Notes: generated from the letters alone by a model not told the origin. A stretch of 63,812 nucleotides of DNA, filler included, from Octopus bimaculoides (GCF_001194135.2; 6 parts of 5 records of this genome joined end to end with filler, not necessarily neighbours in it), one strand, 5' to 3'; shown: positions 10,996-24,305, numbered from the whole stretch's first letter. Translations and numbers: made by a program.

Positions 10996-13900
10996 ACTGT
11001 TGTTGTTGTTATTGCTGTTCGCGTTGTTGGTAGTGATGGTTTTGGTGGTGGTGTTTATCCCGAAATCAGCCATGGTTAAAAGAGCTAATCTTACCCATTT
11101 TATTTGTTTTTGTTCATGTTCTTTGTTTTTGTTTTTCCTAAGGTTTTGTGTTTCCTTATGTTGTTTTTGTATGTTTGTTTTTGCTTCGTCTTTTTCACAG
11201 GTATAATGTTCCCATAAGTACATTTGGTATACCATTGCCCATCTAAGTTATTAAATGGGTATTTGGCTGCTGTTTCCAGCAGCATGTAGAGGGCTCCAAT
11301 TTAAATCCATCGACATTTCGTTGACTCGTAGCTGTTTTCAACAGGGACTTGTGTTAAGTCTATTTCTATTCCTTTCTACAGCATCTCCCCTCGCTTATGT
11401 TAATAATACTCTTGAGGAAAGCATGAATGCTATAACATCCTATCTAATATCTCGTTCAAAAACAAGGGGGAAAACATGCCATTCTGTCATCTTCGTTATA
11501 ATACAGAACAGCTTTATTATAATACAGAGCACGAGACAAAACTAAATAGATAAACAATATTATGAAGAATTCCACAAAAAGAAATAGAAGATAAACAACG
11601 GCAGTCTTATTTAAGCAAAATCTAAGCAAAAAAAAAAACTCAGAGATTCACTACATGGGATGGTCATGGCTGGAATATCTTTAATAGTAGGTCTTCTCAG
11701 TTAAGGTAAATAGATAAACAGAAACAAGAAGAGAACATCTACGCAGGCGGCTAATCGGCAAAATTGTCAGAGCATCGGATAGAATTCCACCTGGTATTTA
11801 TTCAAACACGTTGCTACTCTGGGATCGAGTACTCACCGAAATTAACTTCGCCTTTCAGCCCTTTCGGGGTCGATAAAGAAAAGTACAAATCCATGGCGAT
11901 GGCTTGATGGAATTGTTAGAATGTTGGACCAAGTTCCTTGAGGTACTTGTCCCGGCTCTATGCATTTCCAGTTCTTTTCCCACATTGACTCCCATTAGGG
12001 TAAGTAGATTTAATCCTGAGTTGAGTGCCTTTAGCAAGCATTCGGGCCAAGTCTCCAGTTTGGGGATCCCTTCCACCAGTGGAAGAGTCATGAGCACTAC
12101 CTTCCCACTTAACTAAAGATATTTTTTAAAAGTCGCTCGATATGCTAGAAACATCAACCAAATCTCTCAATCACATTCTGTCGTGTTTAAGAAAGAAAGC
12201 ACACCTTACGTATAATGTGATCCTGGGTACAATATATCCGAAAAACAGACGGGTTGGTGACGATTGGAACACATTTGATCATAAATCTAGTGGATCAGAG
12301 CTGACCAGGAACTTAATAAAAACTTAGAGTAAAGATGAAAGACTTGACTGTTTTTCATCTATCTACTCAACCAAAGCCTAGTCGAAATTTTGCGATGCAA
12401 TTTCGAAGCAGCGACAAACATCATACAATATAGTTATTTTCAAGCTATTTGCTTTGACTGCATTTGAACATGTTACCAAAGGTCACAGTAATTACAGCAC
12501 ATGCTTATTAAGTAGAGGGTGTTGTCGTTGATATGTTCCGGACAATGAAGATAATAAGCTTATCTAGAATATTATGTAGGACAAAGAGAAAATTAGGAAA
12601 CTAATAGTGGTGAAAAACTGACGTCACTTAGTACTAAGTCGTGTTAGATATATAAAAAGAGCAAAAAATAAATTAAATTAAATTTCTCAACATTTTCTCT
12701 CTCTCGATATATATGTATGTATNNNNNNNNNNNNNNNNNNNNNNNNNNNNNNNNNNNNNNNNNNNNNNNNNNNNNNNNNNNNNNNNNNNNNNNNNNNNNN
12801 NNNNNNNNNNNNNNNNNNNNNNNNNNNNNNNNNNNNNNNNNNNNNNNNNNNNNNNNNNNNNNNNNNNNNNNNNNNNNNNNNNNNNNNNNNNNNNNNNNNN
12901 NNNNNNNNNNNNNNNNNNNNNNNNNNNNNNNNNNNNNNNNNNNNNNNNNNNNNNNNNNNNNNNNNNNNNNNNNNNNNNNNNNNNNNNNNNNNNNNNNNNN
13001 NNNNNNNNNNNNNNNNNNNNNNNNNNNNNNNNNNNNNNNNNNNNNNNNNNNNNNNNNNNNNNNNNNNNNNNNNNNNNNNNNNNNNNNNNNNNNNNNNNNN
13101 NNNNNNNNNNNNNNNNNNNNNNNNNNNNNNNNNNNNNNNNNNNNNNNNNNNNNNNNNNNNNNNNNNNNNNNNNNNNNNNNNNNNNNNNNNNNNNNNNNNN
13201 NNNNNNNNNNNNNNNNNNNNNNNNNNNNNNNNNNNNNNNNNNNNNNNNNNNNNNNNNNNNNNNNNNNNNNNNNNNNNNNNNNNNNNNNNNNNNNNNNNNN
13301 NNNNNNNNNNNNNNNNNNNNNNNNNNNNNNNNNNNNNNNNNNNNNNNNNNNNNNNNNNNATATATATATATATACGGCCGTGTACAAAATTGTTTTTAAG
13401 TTTGGCGTAAGGATGCAGTCGGTCTAATTGCCATCAGTGCATGACTGGTATTTATTTTCTCAACTCTGGGAAGAATGAAAGCCAAATAAATCCCGGAGTC
13501 CTTTGAACCCATTTGAACTCAGAATGTAAATAGACGTAAGTAGATGACACAGAGTATTTAATCAGCTAAGCTAATGATTAAATCATTCAGATGCGAAACC
13601 TGCATGTAAAATTAATAGATAAGTCAATGATAACATATTAAAAAGATAATGAGAAATAGATATGCGTGAAAAAGGATAAAATTCAATCACTAGTATAATT
13701 CTTTTTAATTTTTTCCACATGTATGTGGAGGGTAACTCCCGACAGGTTCCAGTCTTATTCTGATCGCTTTAACCTGGCATAACTTTCGCCGTATAAGTCG
13801 AGTTAATGATGAAAAAACATTAAATAAATCAACAAGATTGTGATTCTTTAGATGATCCAGTTAGCCCAACCCGTCCTCTTTTGTTTTTCAGTCATAACGT

Positions 13901-15687
13901 ATCTAGGATTACATTATTCGTTTTTAATACAGTGCAGTGTGATTTGAAAGACTTTTCCCTAGCCCCCAGAATTGCTGACCTTGTGTCAAAATTAGAAAAG
14001 AAAATATGTGAGGGATAGTATGAGAAGTAAAAACCTGAAACTGCATGGTTTGAACTCAGAACTAGGACCGACGTAACAAAATGACTCTGTTGTTTTAGTA
14101 TTATGTCAACTCGGTTATATTCGTTGCATTTCTCAAGTTCTATGCCTTGAAATATTACTTTTCTCATTGACAGGTCACAAAAGTCCTATATTTGAGTAAA
14201 GAAGAAATAGGAAGTAAGTTGTTCATGTCTCTTTCAAAAGAATTAATGACGTATGTAAAATCGAATAGAATCACAAGTCGAAATCAGGGAGCTCATTGGT
14301 CAACGTCTCTTAGCCAATGGCTAAAGCTGTATGGTCGAGAACTACGTTTCGGATTCCATTCCATTGCAGAACATATTGGACAATTAACCAAAGCAAAGGC
14401 TCGAAAAAAGCTTTATGAGTGAAATTTGGTAGACTGAAATCGTGTGAAAACTAGTCGTGTTTTGTGATGGTAGACTTAATCCCTCACTTGATTTAATACC
14501 ATCCCTTGGTTCCTGGAAGCCTTTAGGGAAGTCCAATATGCTTAACACATTTGGTCTGAGGATAACTTCCCAACATAGGAACCGTCGAAGTCTCTTCTTT
14601 CCTTGACAAACTAATATAATGATGCAGCGATATTTTTCATTGCATACATGGTTAACTTTAACAGAGAGGAACATGGTTGATTGACACGATCGCACTGTAT
14701 TTCTTGGCAATTATTTCATTAGCCCCAGAAGAATAAAAAGCAAATTTGACAAAGATGAAATTGGAACTCAGAGCATAAAAAGACATAACTAAATACTTTT
14801 CGATTAGGCGTAAAGGCCTTCGCATTTAGAGAAGGGGGGAAATGTGAAGTTGAACATGCATACATTTCTCGTTGGTATCTACATTGTAATTGAAATCAAA
14901 TTGTTTCAGCCGGAAATCGAAACTGTTTTGCAATCTCAACTTATTTTGTTCGCCATAACAAAAGTAGACAACGAGAAAGTATTTAGTTTGTTGCTTTAGT
15001 CACTCTGTTAATGCACATTTGATTGTGTGATTAATTATTGATTTCTTATGATTAGGTATGTTTTAGAGTAGGTGGCAATTGAAACTGTTCCCCATGAGAC
15101 TTAAATTCTGAAGCAAGGAGAATCGAAACTAAATATTAAATAATGTATTTTGTCAGGCGCTCTATTAACTCTGCTTAACACACAGATATGTGTGTATTAC
15201 ACACTCACGCACACAGACACACAGAGACACACACGTATATATATGTAAATATATATATATATATATATATATACATATTCAGCCTTCTGCAACTCTGCAA
15301 CATTAATATCTTGACATTACTATGACACAGACTAGTAAAACAGGTTTAGCCATAAAGCCAAATATACTTCGGCTGGTTTATATTGTAGATAACCTAATTC
15401 AAGAGACTATAAGCAAGTCAAATAAAGGCTGGAATGTTAGCCGTACACGTCAACAACCTAAGACGCAACTTCCTTCCGGTTACCAAAGTCTAAAATAGCA
15501 ATTTCCATTTTTATTTCGCAACAATGGCTTTTAGTTTTACTAAACGTTGCCAAAGAAATGTAAAAATAAGATAAAACAAAATAAAATGAAATGAAATAAA
15601 ATGAAATGGAAAAGAAAGTGATAAGACGATTATTTTTATCTTGTGCTGAAATTTCTACATCCGAAGAGTAAATAACTCTACAACGAA

Positions 15688-15718
<31 letters not shown>

Positions 15719-15920
15719 AATTTGCTTTTAATACTTCTGCAATGAGTAGTTTAAGTGTAAACTTCTTTTTACATATTATACCTTTTAAATGCTATATGAA
15801 GTGGGCCATTAAAACTTTATGATGTTATGATGTCATGAGATGTAGCTACGCCTTGTACCTAGATGAAACGCTTGATGAAGTGGGCGATTTAGAAATTAAG
15901 TCAAATGTACTGTAAATGAA

Positions 15921-16263
15921 GGCGCATGGCTCAGTGGTTAGAGCGTAGGGCTCACAATCATGAGGTAGTGAGTTCGATTCCTGGATTGGGCTGTGTGTTG
16001 TACTCTTGAGCAACACCCATTATTTCACGTTGCTCCAGTTCATTCATCTGTAGGAAATGAGTTGCAACGTCACTGATGCCAAGCTCTATCGGCCTTTGCT
16101 TTTTTTCCCTTGGATAACATCGGTGGCGTGGAGAGAGGGGGCTGGTAGGCATGGGTGACTGCAGGTCTTCCATAAACAAGCTTGCTCGGACTTATGCTTT
16201 GGAGGGTAACTTTCTAGGTGCAATTCCATGGTCATTCATGGCCGAAGGAGGTCTTTACCTTTT
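15921..16263 (+). mobile_element. SINE-C (tRNA head, Nin-like body, tail T3)
   Basis: ggcgcatggctcagtggttagagcg (A box), gagttcgattcc (B box), body gtgtgttgtactcttgagcaacaccc...ttcacgttgctccagttcattc shared with 23050-23290. Confidence 0.85.
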
Positions 16264-16506
16264 ACTGTAAATAGCAGAAAATTGGGAAAGTGTAGCGGCA
16301 GAATCAATAGGATGCAGAAAATACAGAGCGTTGCTGTCACCGTTTATTCTTTGCCTTACGACGCTCATGACAGAAACATAATAAAAAATTTAGTATTCCA
16401 ATCCTCTGTGTCTAACAGACAAAGCTTCCACACTCTCCTTTAAAAAATGGATGTTCTTAATAGTGCCAATCTCATCTGAAAGCCATCGTTACCCGATGAT
16501 CTAAAG

Positions 16507-16620
16507 CAGGGATTCTCAACCCTTTTCTATCAATGGACCCCTTTGATTACTATTTTATTCTGGTGGATTTCCATAGCCATTCGATGATCAAAAGCTAGTT
16601 TTATAGAAACTGCTGTCAAA
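16507..16620 (+). mobile_element. hAT-like MITE left end only
   Basis: CAGGGATTCTCAACCcttttc...atggaccccttt; no matching right end found. Confidence 0.4.
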
Positions 16621-17615
16621 TTTCTTATTTTGTTTTTGTTTGTAAGTTGAACCGTGTAGAAAAAGAAACCTAGCTGTTTCTCTAGCAATATATACCAATA
16701 AATACATGCAAAGGAAATAACAACAATCTCTTCTATAGATTTAGCTTAGAGATGAATAACCTCTGGAAAGCTGATCTTTGCTTATTATATTACATGGATG
16801 CGAAGTCTTCAAACGTGCAATACTCCAGGATATCAGATACATTTCACAAACATATTAAACTTCGAAATATATTGAAAGCAATTTTAAGAAGAAATTGTTG
16901 AAGATATATTTTAAAGTCACACATTGATCTATGCGGTTTCCATAAATGTTTTTATTCGTCATAGCAATGACCAGACTCATATAGTTCTTGGTTTAATTCT
17001 AACCATTGTTGGCTTTGATCATGCTAAAGAACTACCTTACACACTATATATTGATATGTTTAGTCGCTGTTATTCAATGTGTGTGTGTGTGTGTGTGTTC
17101 ATGCGTGCATGTTTGTAGTTGAAGAATTGTTGAAGGCTGTTTTTCTTTAATTATAGCTTTCTAAAGATAGCCGGTCAGAAACGAAGAAGAGAAACTTATC
17201 TAACTCATTGAATATTTAAACGTCTGAGACGAGTTGCTATTATTAAGATTATAGTCTTCAAAGCTATTAACCCAATCTTTAGAGAGTATATTGCATATTT
17301 AGAATATTCATATCTACACTATTTCGAACGGTTTGATCTCTGATGGATACATATCCATATTTATCCATCCATACAACCATTCATCCATCCATCCATCCAT
17401 CCATCCATACATCCATACATACATACATACATACATACATACATAAGGGCTTCTATATACGAATATAATACGTTTTTGAAACCTGTTCGTGAGCAAATTG
17501 TTCGTTACATGAACAATTGAAATACATATAAATGGCGATAGTCCGTTCCAAGCCATACCGAAACTCCACATAAAAACATGAAACGATGGTTTACTTGTCC
17601 ATCCATCAATAGCAA

Positions 17616-17676
<61 letters not shown>

Positions 17677-17688
17677 TACATACATACA

Positions 17689-17720
<32 letters not shown>

Positions 17721-19039
17721 AGAGGGATGACCACTAAGTGGACATCCATTATGCTAGGTGTAGACCCCATATGGTCTGACCACTAAGAAAAGATTGGGAT
17801 CTTTGGGGTTTGACGGGCAACATTTGTTTTCTTAACGAAATACTTTCAAACTTGGGACACTGATAGAATGTGTCATATAAAACAACTTCTCTTAACCTTC
17901 TTAACAAATTTTTGTACATCGCAAGTTATTTCATGTTAAAGTTGTCGTATTTCTGTAATTTTAACCAATCACTGACGTCTAGTCAGCTGAAAACAGTTGC
18001 TGCTGGCCGGTCATAAAAATGTTATTCCCTGTGACATATTTCATCCGGTTTAATCGTAATTTATACGCATATATTGTTTATATAATAAATTATGCTGTGC
18101 GATCTGTGTGTGTAACAATTTTAGAGTTCGGATTCTAGAGTTAGGGTTAGTTTTAGGGTTATGATTATTTTTGCCATAACTTCACTCATAACCTCAACCC
18201 TAACTCTAAAACCCGAACCCTAAACCTAAACTAGAGCTTGATTTAAAGAAGATTTGGCTGCTATTTCTAGGAAATGAAGCACTTGGAGGTGCATTAATAA
18301 TTCTGGTAGCTCCAATAACAAGTGCAGGCAATATTCAAGTATTTTGATGGCTTTTTCCCCTTTGTTTACGAACAGTCTAGTTAATCGGAAATGTCAGAAC
18401 TAACGGGGATTAATACGATATACACCGTTACAGCGCTAACTGTTTTCAACTGAATAGACGTCAGTGATTAGTTGAAATTATCGAAATAAGACAATTTTTA
18501 ACGTGAAATAACTTCGAATACAAAATTTTTTATCTGTTCTATACCACAAAATATACAAGTATACGAAGTTTGAAAGTGTTTCGGTACCAAAAACACTACA
18601 TAAAAAATGTTGCCCGTCAAACCCCAAAGATCCAAAGATTGTTCTCAAGAAAATTCAGCAAACGCCAGAACGTTAGCGAGCAAGACAAATGAAAAGATAC
18701 AAAATACAAAGATTAATCACAAACCCGGTTACATTGTTGCCACTTACGTAAATGTCCGCAATTCATCAGTGTGACTGTCATAGCAAAATATAATTTGCAG
18801 AACTATACATGAGACATCCGCATGAGATTGAACATGCATATAGTTCTACTAATTACATTTGGGATTATATTTCAAAAGTCTTCGTTTTGGCGTGCCAAAA
18901 TACCGGAAATAATTCTGCAGAAAATAATTCTCTGCAATGAACTTCGCTGAATTTTCTTGAGAACAATCTTTTCTTAGTGGTCAGACCATATGGGGTCTAC
19001 ATCTAGCATAATAGATGTCCACTTAGTGGTCATCCCTCT
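17721..19039. mobile_element. Outer MITE (TA-flanked, about 100-bp TIRs) interrupted by a nested element
   Basis: AGAGGGATGACCACTAAGTGGACATCC...CTAAGAAAAGATTG mirrored at 18964-19039; the TIR continues after the insert (aagattgttctcaagaaaattcagc 18635-18659 vs gctgaattttcttgagaacaatctt 18946-18970); TA at 17719-17720 and 19040-19041. Confidence 0.9.
17797..18633. mobile_element. Inner foldback MITE, GGATC...GATCC termini, 8-bp TSD
   Basis: GGATCTTTGGGGTTTGACGGGCAACATTT and its exact reverse complement at the right end; imperfect IR arms of about 230 bp; AAAGATTG at 17789-17796 and 18634-18641. Confidence 0.92.
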
Positions 19040-19089
19040 TATATGTATGTAATAGAATTTTTTGCTATATATTTCGCAATAGTCTTTCA

Positions 19090-20299
19090 AATAGATTTTT
19101 AAAGGTTGCCCCGAAGGGGTCTATATGAGATATAGAACAACAGGAAAACTGTTCAATCTCAAAAGACTCTGTGCCAAAACGAAAGTTCTGCATTCTCACC
19201 TTGTTGAGCTTCTGTATGCAGATGATTGTGACCTGTTGGCACATTCTCAGGAAGATATTCAGCACATGGTGAATGCCATTTCTGCAGCATGTGCAGCATT
19301 GGGTCTAACAATCAATCTAAAAAAAAAACTGTAATAATGTACCAGTCCGCTCCCTCCAAGATGTATGTGAAACCTTTTATAACTGTGAATGGTCAAAGGT
19401 TGGAGACTGTACCTAGATTTATTTATTTAGGAAGTACCTTGAGCACTGCTGGTCTTGATGATCACATTTCATACAGAATCAGCAGGGCTAGTAATGCTTT
19501 TGGTAGGCTTGATAGGTGTCTGTGGAAACAACATAATATATATTAACAAATTAAAGTTAAGGTATATAACACATACACCCTCCCATCAATGATTTTGCAA
19601 AGACGTTTGAGGTGGGGGAGGAGACATTTGGTAAGGATGAGTGATGAGCGACTGTCCTGGCAGCTATTGTGTGGTGAGCTGGAAGATGGCAGGAGACCAG
19701 CACATAAGCCTAAACTAAGGTTTAAGGATTGCCTTAAAAATTCTCTAATACAGACAGGAATTGCAGCTGGTAATTGGGAAAGAGAGGCACAAGACCGTGA
19801 TGGATGGAGGAAGATAGTGCATGATGGTTGTTCAAAGTTTGAGAGAGAGAGAGTGAAGTATGAGAGAATTAGAAGGGGGCTTAGAAGGGGGTACCTGTGG
19901 AAAGTGAGAGAGTGTTGCTTTTTATGTGTGTGGTTTGTGAGCAGAGGTGCTTGAGTCATGCAGGCCTGGTGAGCCATCAAAATTCTCATAGAAATCGACC
20001 CATGATAAACAATGATGTGGCTATTAAAATTCATAACAGGACGTGTGTAAAATGTGGAAGGGTGTGCCTCTCAGTTGGAGGTCTAAAAATAAATGTTAAG
20101 AGAGTGCATATGGTGGCACCTGTTTCTCCTGCCAGCACGCACAGTTGTCTAGTATGTAATAAGATGTGTAAAAGCTTGGCCGGGCTTCAAATTCATATAA
20201 GGGCATCACATGGCAACAATCATGGAGCATTTCAGTAAGTCTTCTTGGTAATGGCTTTTCTCGTGTAACGAGGATGCAGCTGTCATGTCATGCCATGTC

Positions 20300-20301
<2 letters not shown>
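19090..20301 (+). mobile_element. 5'-truncated RTE (BovB-like) LINE with C-terminal zinc-finger array
   Basis: GVYMRYRTTGKLFNL, LLYADD, FIYLGS, RISRASNAFGRL, QLLCGELEDGRRPAHKPKLRFKD; 3' hairpin CTCGT-GTA-ACGAG (20260-20272) and (TGTCA)n tail. Confidence 0.92.
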
Positions 20302-20332
<31 letters not shown>

Positions 20333-20864
20333 TGTATGTATGTATGTATGTATGTATGTATGTGTATATTTATATGTGTATGTATGTGTATCTGTGCGTT
20401 TTCCCTTCGTCTTGAAATGTTTGTGCTAATTGTATACAAACTGTTAGTGTGAGTTTAAACAGCGTCAACTTGTCTGTAGTTCTCCATAAAGGAATGTCTG
20501 GGCTGTTCGCTGTTCGATAAACGGAGAATGACATAGGCCTTTTGTTGTTATTATGCCATTGTAACCACTCCTGGAGTTGTTGCTGTTGTTGCTGCAGATG
20601 CTGCTTCCAGTCTTGTAACTAATGTTGCAATCACTGTTACTGCAGCTGCATGCCCTTGTTCTAATCGCTGTAGTTGCTTGTGCTGTGGTCGCTGCTGCTG
20701 ATGGCGACGTTGGCAGTAGTAGAGGCCTACTTTCAGCAGTAATTTTCCTGTTGTTATTGGAGGTGGAAAGCCTTGAGTTGATTAGTGTTTCCACAGTTGT
20801 TGCATCGAGGTCTCTTCTTTCTACTACCACCTGCTGTTGCTCACCTCCTGTGTTATCAAATAGG

Positions 20865-21517
20865 TCCGGGATTTTGTCCAGTATCTCATCCGTCTTTAGC
20901 TTCTGAGTTCATATTCCGTAGAGGTCGACATTACTTTTCATCCTTTTGGCGTTGATAAAATAAGTACCATTTGAGCACTGGTATTGAAGTTATCGACTTA
21001 CCCCCTCCCCGAAATTGCTGGCTTTGTGTCAAAATTTGAAATGATTATTATTTTTTTAATTGTTATCATTATTATTATTAAGGCGGCGAGCTGGCAGTAT
21101 CGTTAGCGTGCTGGACGAAATGCTTAGCGGTATTTCGCCCGTTGCTACGTTCTGAGTTCAAATTCCGCCGAGATCGACTTTGCCTTTCATCCTTTCGGAG
21201 TTGATAAAATAAGTACCAGTCAAGCACTGAGTGTCGTTTTAATCGATTCATCCCCTCCCTCAAAATTGCTGCCCTTGTGGCAAAATTTGAAATTATTATT
21301 ATTATTATAATTATTATTAAGGCGGTGAGCAGGCAGAATTGCTAGCGCGGTAGACGAAATGCTTAGCGGCATTTCGTCTGTCTTTAGGTTCTGAGCTCAA
21401 ATTCTATCGAGGTCGACATTACCTTTCATTCTTTTGGAGTCAATAAAATAAGTTGAGTACTAGGAATCGACTTATCTCCTCCCCGAAACTGCTGCGCTTG
21501 TGCCAAAATTTGAAACC
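20865..21517 (+). mobile_element. Three head-to-tail SINE-B copies (tail type 2) separated by (ATT)n
   Basis: Copies at about 20865-21042, 21082-21292 and 21321-21517. Confidence 0.88.
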
Positions 21518-22676
21518 CAATATAATTATCATTATTTATGCACACACGCATACATATATATANNNNNNNNNNNNNNNNNNNNNNNNNNNNNNNNNNNNNN
21601 NNNNNNNNNNNNNNNNNNNNNNNNNNNNNNNNNNNNNNNNNNNNNNNNNNNNNNNNNNNNNNNNNNNNNNNNNNNNNNNNNNNNNNNNNNNNNNNNNTAT
21701 ATATATATATGCGTATGTATGTATGTATGTATGTGTGTATGTATGTACACACCCTATAGGGTTTTGCCATCTGTTTACATGTGTTCGTCCGCTGATAAGA
21801 TGTCGATCTGTTGTTTCACTTTTGAACTGTACGGAGCATTTAATCAAATTCTACCACTCCCAGGACTGCAATTCTTTTTATTCTCTCCATATTCGCGATG
21901 CTTTTCATCCAGACATTAACTTGCATTGACTTCGCCAGTCTTTGAAACCTTCAAAACTATAAACACTTCTCTCTTTCTTGAACAAAGTTATGTGTTATAA
22001 AACAGATGAGAGAAAATATATTTTCGCTAAGAGGAAAAGCCTGTCGGAAATAGTTCTGTAGATATCAGTAGTCAACGATATCCTCACGTATTGTACTAGT
22101 ATGTATGTTATTAAAACAAACGCATACTGTAATAGTTGAAAATTAGCTGTTTGTGAATAAGAGCAACATAACGGTTTAAATATTTCAATATGATCCTCCT
22201 TGTTTTACGTGTGGTGAAAAGTCAAAATAGTAAGGCAAAGCTTATAAATACTTATCCAGGTGAATGTGCTACAAGGCTTCGATTCTCAGTAGAGGCTTTT
22301 TCTCAATTATTTCTGTCGCTAAAACTGTTTACAAAAAGGATAAATTACTATTCTATTTTATCTTTCCTACTTTCGCTTAGGTTATATAATCATGCGCTTA
22401 AAAACAAATCACACATACATACACTCATCTATCCAACTATACATACATACATACATACACACATGCATACATTGTAACACCCTGCCTAAATACCAAACTT
22501 GAGAAATTAGACTTCTCAAAACCAGAAAAGAGAAAGCTGATTCGAAGACTACAGATCCAAGCCATCACTGGAACTTTAAAAATCAACTTTCCGAGCATGT
22601 CTAGACTATATGCATGAGAATAGTTACATAAAACAAAACATACAAATCTGCACACATACACACATACATTTTTTTC

Positions 22677-22936
22677 TCGTCCTTTTAAAGCCTAGCCAGG
22701 TTCATGGGCCCGGTTTCCCGGTTTCAATGGCGTATGTGTTCCCCCCAGCTGGACGGGATGCCAGTCCATCGCAGCTTTACTCAAGAAACAGGAAGAAAGA
22801 GTGAGAGAAAGAATACAACAGGGGTCGCCACCACCCCCTGCCGGACCCTCGTGGAGCTTTAGGTGTTTTCGCTCAATAAACACACACATCGCCCAGTCTG
22901 GGAATCGAAACCGCGATCCTTCGACCGCGAGTCTGC
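22677..22936 (-). mobile_element. SINE-C variant (body X, tail T1), head cut by gap
   Basis: Body identical in type to 59500-59660; tail shared with 23050-23290. Confidence 0.85.
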
Positions 22937-23049
22937 NNNNNNNNNNNNNNNNNNNNNNNNNNNNNNNNNNNNNNNNNNNNNNNNNNNNNNNNNNNNNNNN
23001 NNNNNNNNNNNNNNNNNNNNNNNNNNNNNNNNNNNNNNNNNNNNNNNNN

Positions 23050-23290
23050 TCCTTTTAAAGCCTAGCCAGGTTCATGGGCCCGGTTTCCCGGTTTCAATGG
23101 CGTATGCGTTCCCCAGCTGGACGGGACGCCAGTCCATCGCAGCGTTACTCATTTTTGCCAGCTGAGTGGACTGGAGCAACGTGAAATGAAGTGTTTTGCT
23201 CAAGAACACAACGCGTCGCCCGGTCCAGGAATCGAAACCACAATCTTACGATCATGATGCCGACACCCTAACAACTAGACCACGCGCCTC
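23050..23290 (-). mobile_element. SINE-C variant (Nin-like body Y, tail T1)
   Basis: Minus strand ggaggcgcgtggtctagttgttagggtg...ggtttcgattcc...gcgttgtgttcttgagcaaaacac...gctgcgatggactggcgtcccgtccagc. Confidence 0.88.
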
Positions 23291-24131
23291 CATACATACA
23301 TACAAAAATACCCTGTTTGATGTTGCTAAAATTCCATTGAAAAAGCCTTGGATCTAAGTTAGAAACCGGCTCTTTCTCTATAGACAAGAATTTTGAAATA
23401 AAACTGAATAATGACATACATACATAGACGCACGCGCGCACACACACACGCACTTACACACATACATACATTCATACATACATACATACACAAGTATATG
23501 TACATATATTGTGCTTACATGTGTGTGTGTGTGTGTCTTGTGGCGAGAAAATCTGTAAAGTACCAAATGTTACCACACTAAACAGTTTATTCACGCATAG
23601 CATGTCAAACGAACGTACATTTTCTCCAGTTTCTTCTATGGCACGGACAGGCGTGTGTTGAGTGAGTTTAACGGAAACAAAGAATTACTTATGTTATTAT
23701 ACCATGGTCTATGGTAGTCATGCCTGGCGGACAGTAAAGCAAAGCAAAAGCTATTTTTTGTTTATACTTTCGTTAGCTTTCATAGAAAGTATTATATCAC
23801 AATATAATGTACGGTATTAAGATTGTTTTCTAGATAATGATGATAATGCGAATTATGGTAGTGGATGGTGGCGATGGTAGCGATGGTGGCGATGGTGGCG
23901 ATGGTGGTAGTTTTGGTGGTTAGTGGTGGAGATGGTGGCAGTGATTTTGTTTCTGGTGGTAGTGGTAGGATGGGGGAATGAAGGCTGTCGTCGTCGTCGT
24001 CGTCGTCGTATGAGGGCGCGATGCTGATATTTTTCTTCTTAACGAAAAATGCTTTTGCAAAAATAGAACAAGGATAATCTAAGTTGATATATGACAATAC
24101 AATATATAAAGACAAACAGACAGACAGGCAC

Positions 24132-24186
<55 letters not shown>

Positions 24187-24305
24187 AAAGTATGCATGTA
24201 TTTATATATGTATGCGTGTATGTGTGTGTATACATATATATATTCTGTATGTATGTATATANNNNNNNNNNNNNNNNNNNNNNNNNNNNNNNNNNNNNNN
24301 NNNNN

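Noticed and set aside
11382-11545. Exon after the strong acceptor tttctattcctttctacag
   Set aside because: No good donor before the stop, and the peptide is unrecognisable
15921-15995. tRNA gene
   Set aside because: A and B boxes are present but continue into a SINE body and no full cloverleaf closes; the same holds for other SINE heads
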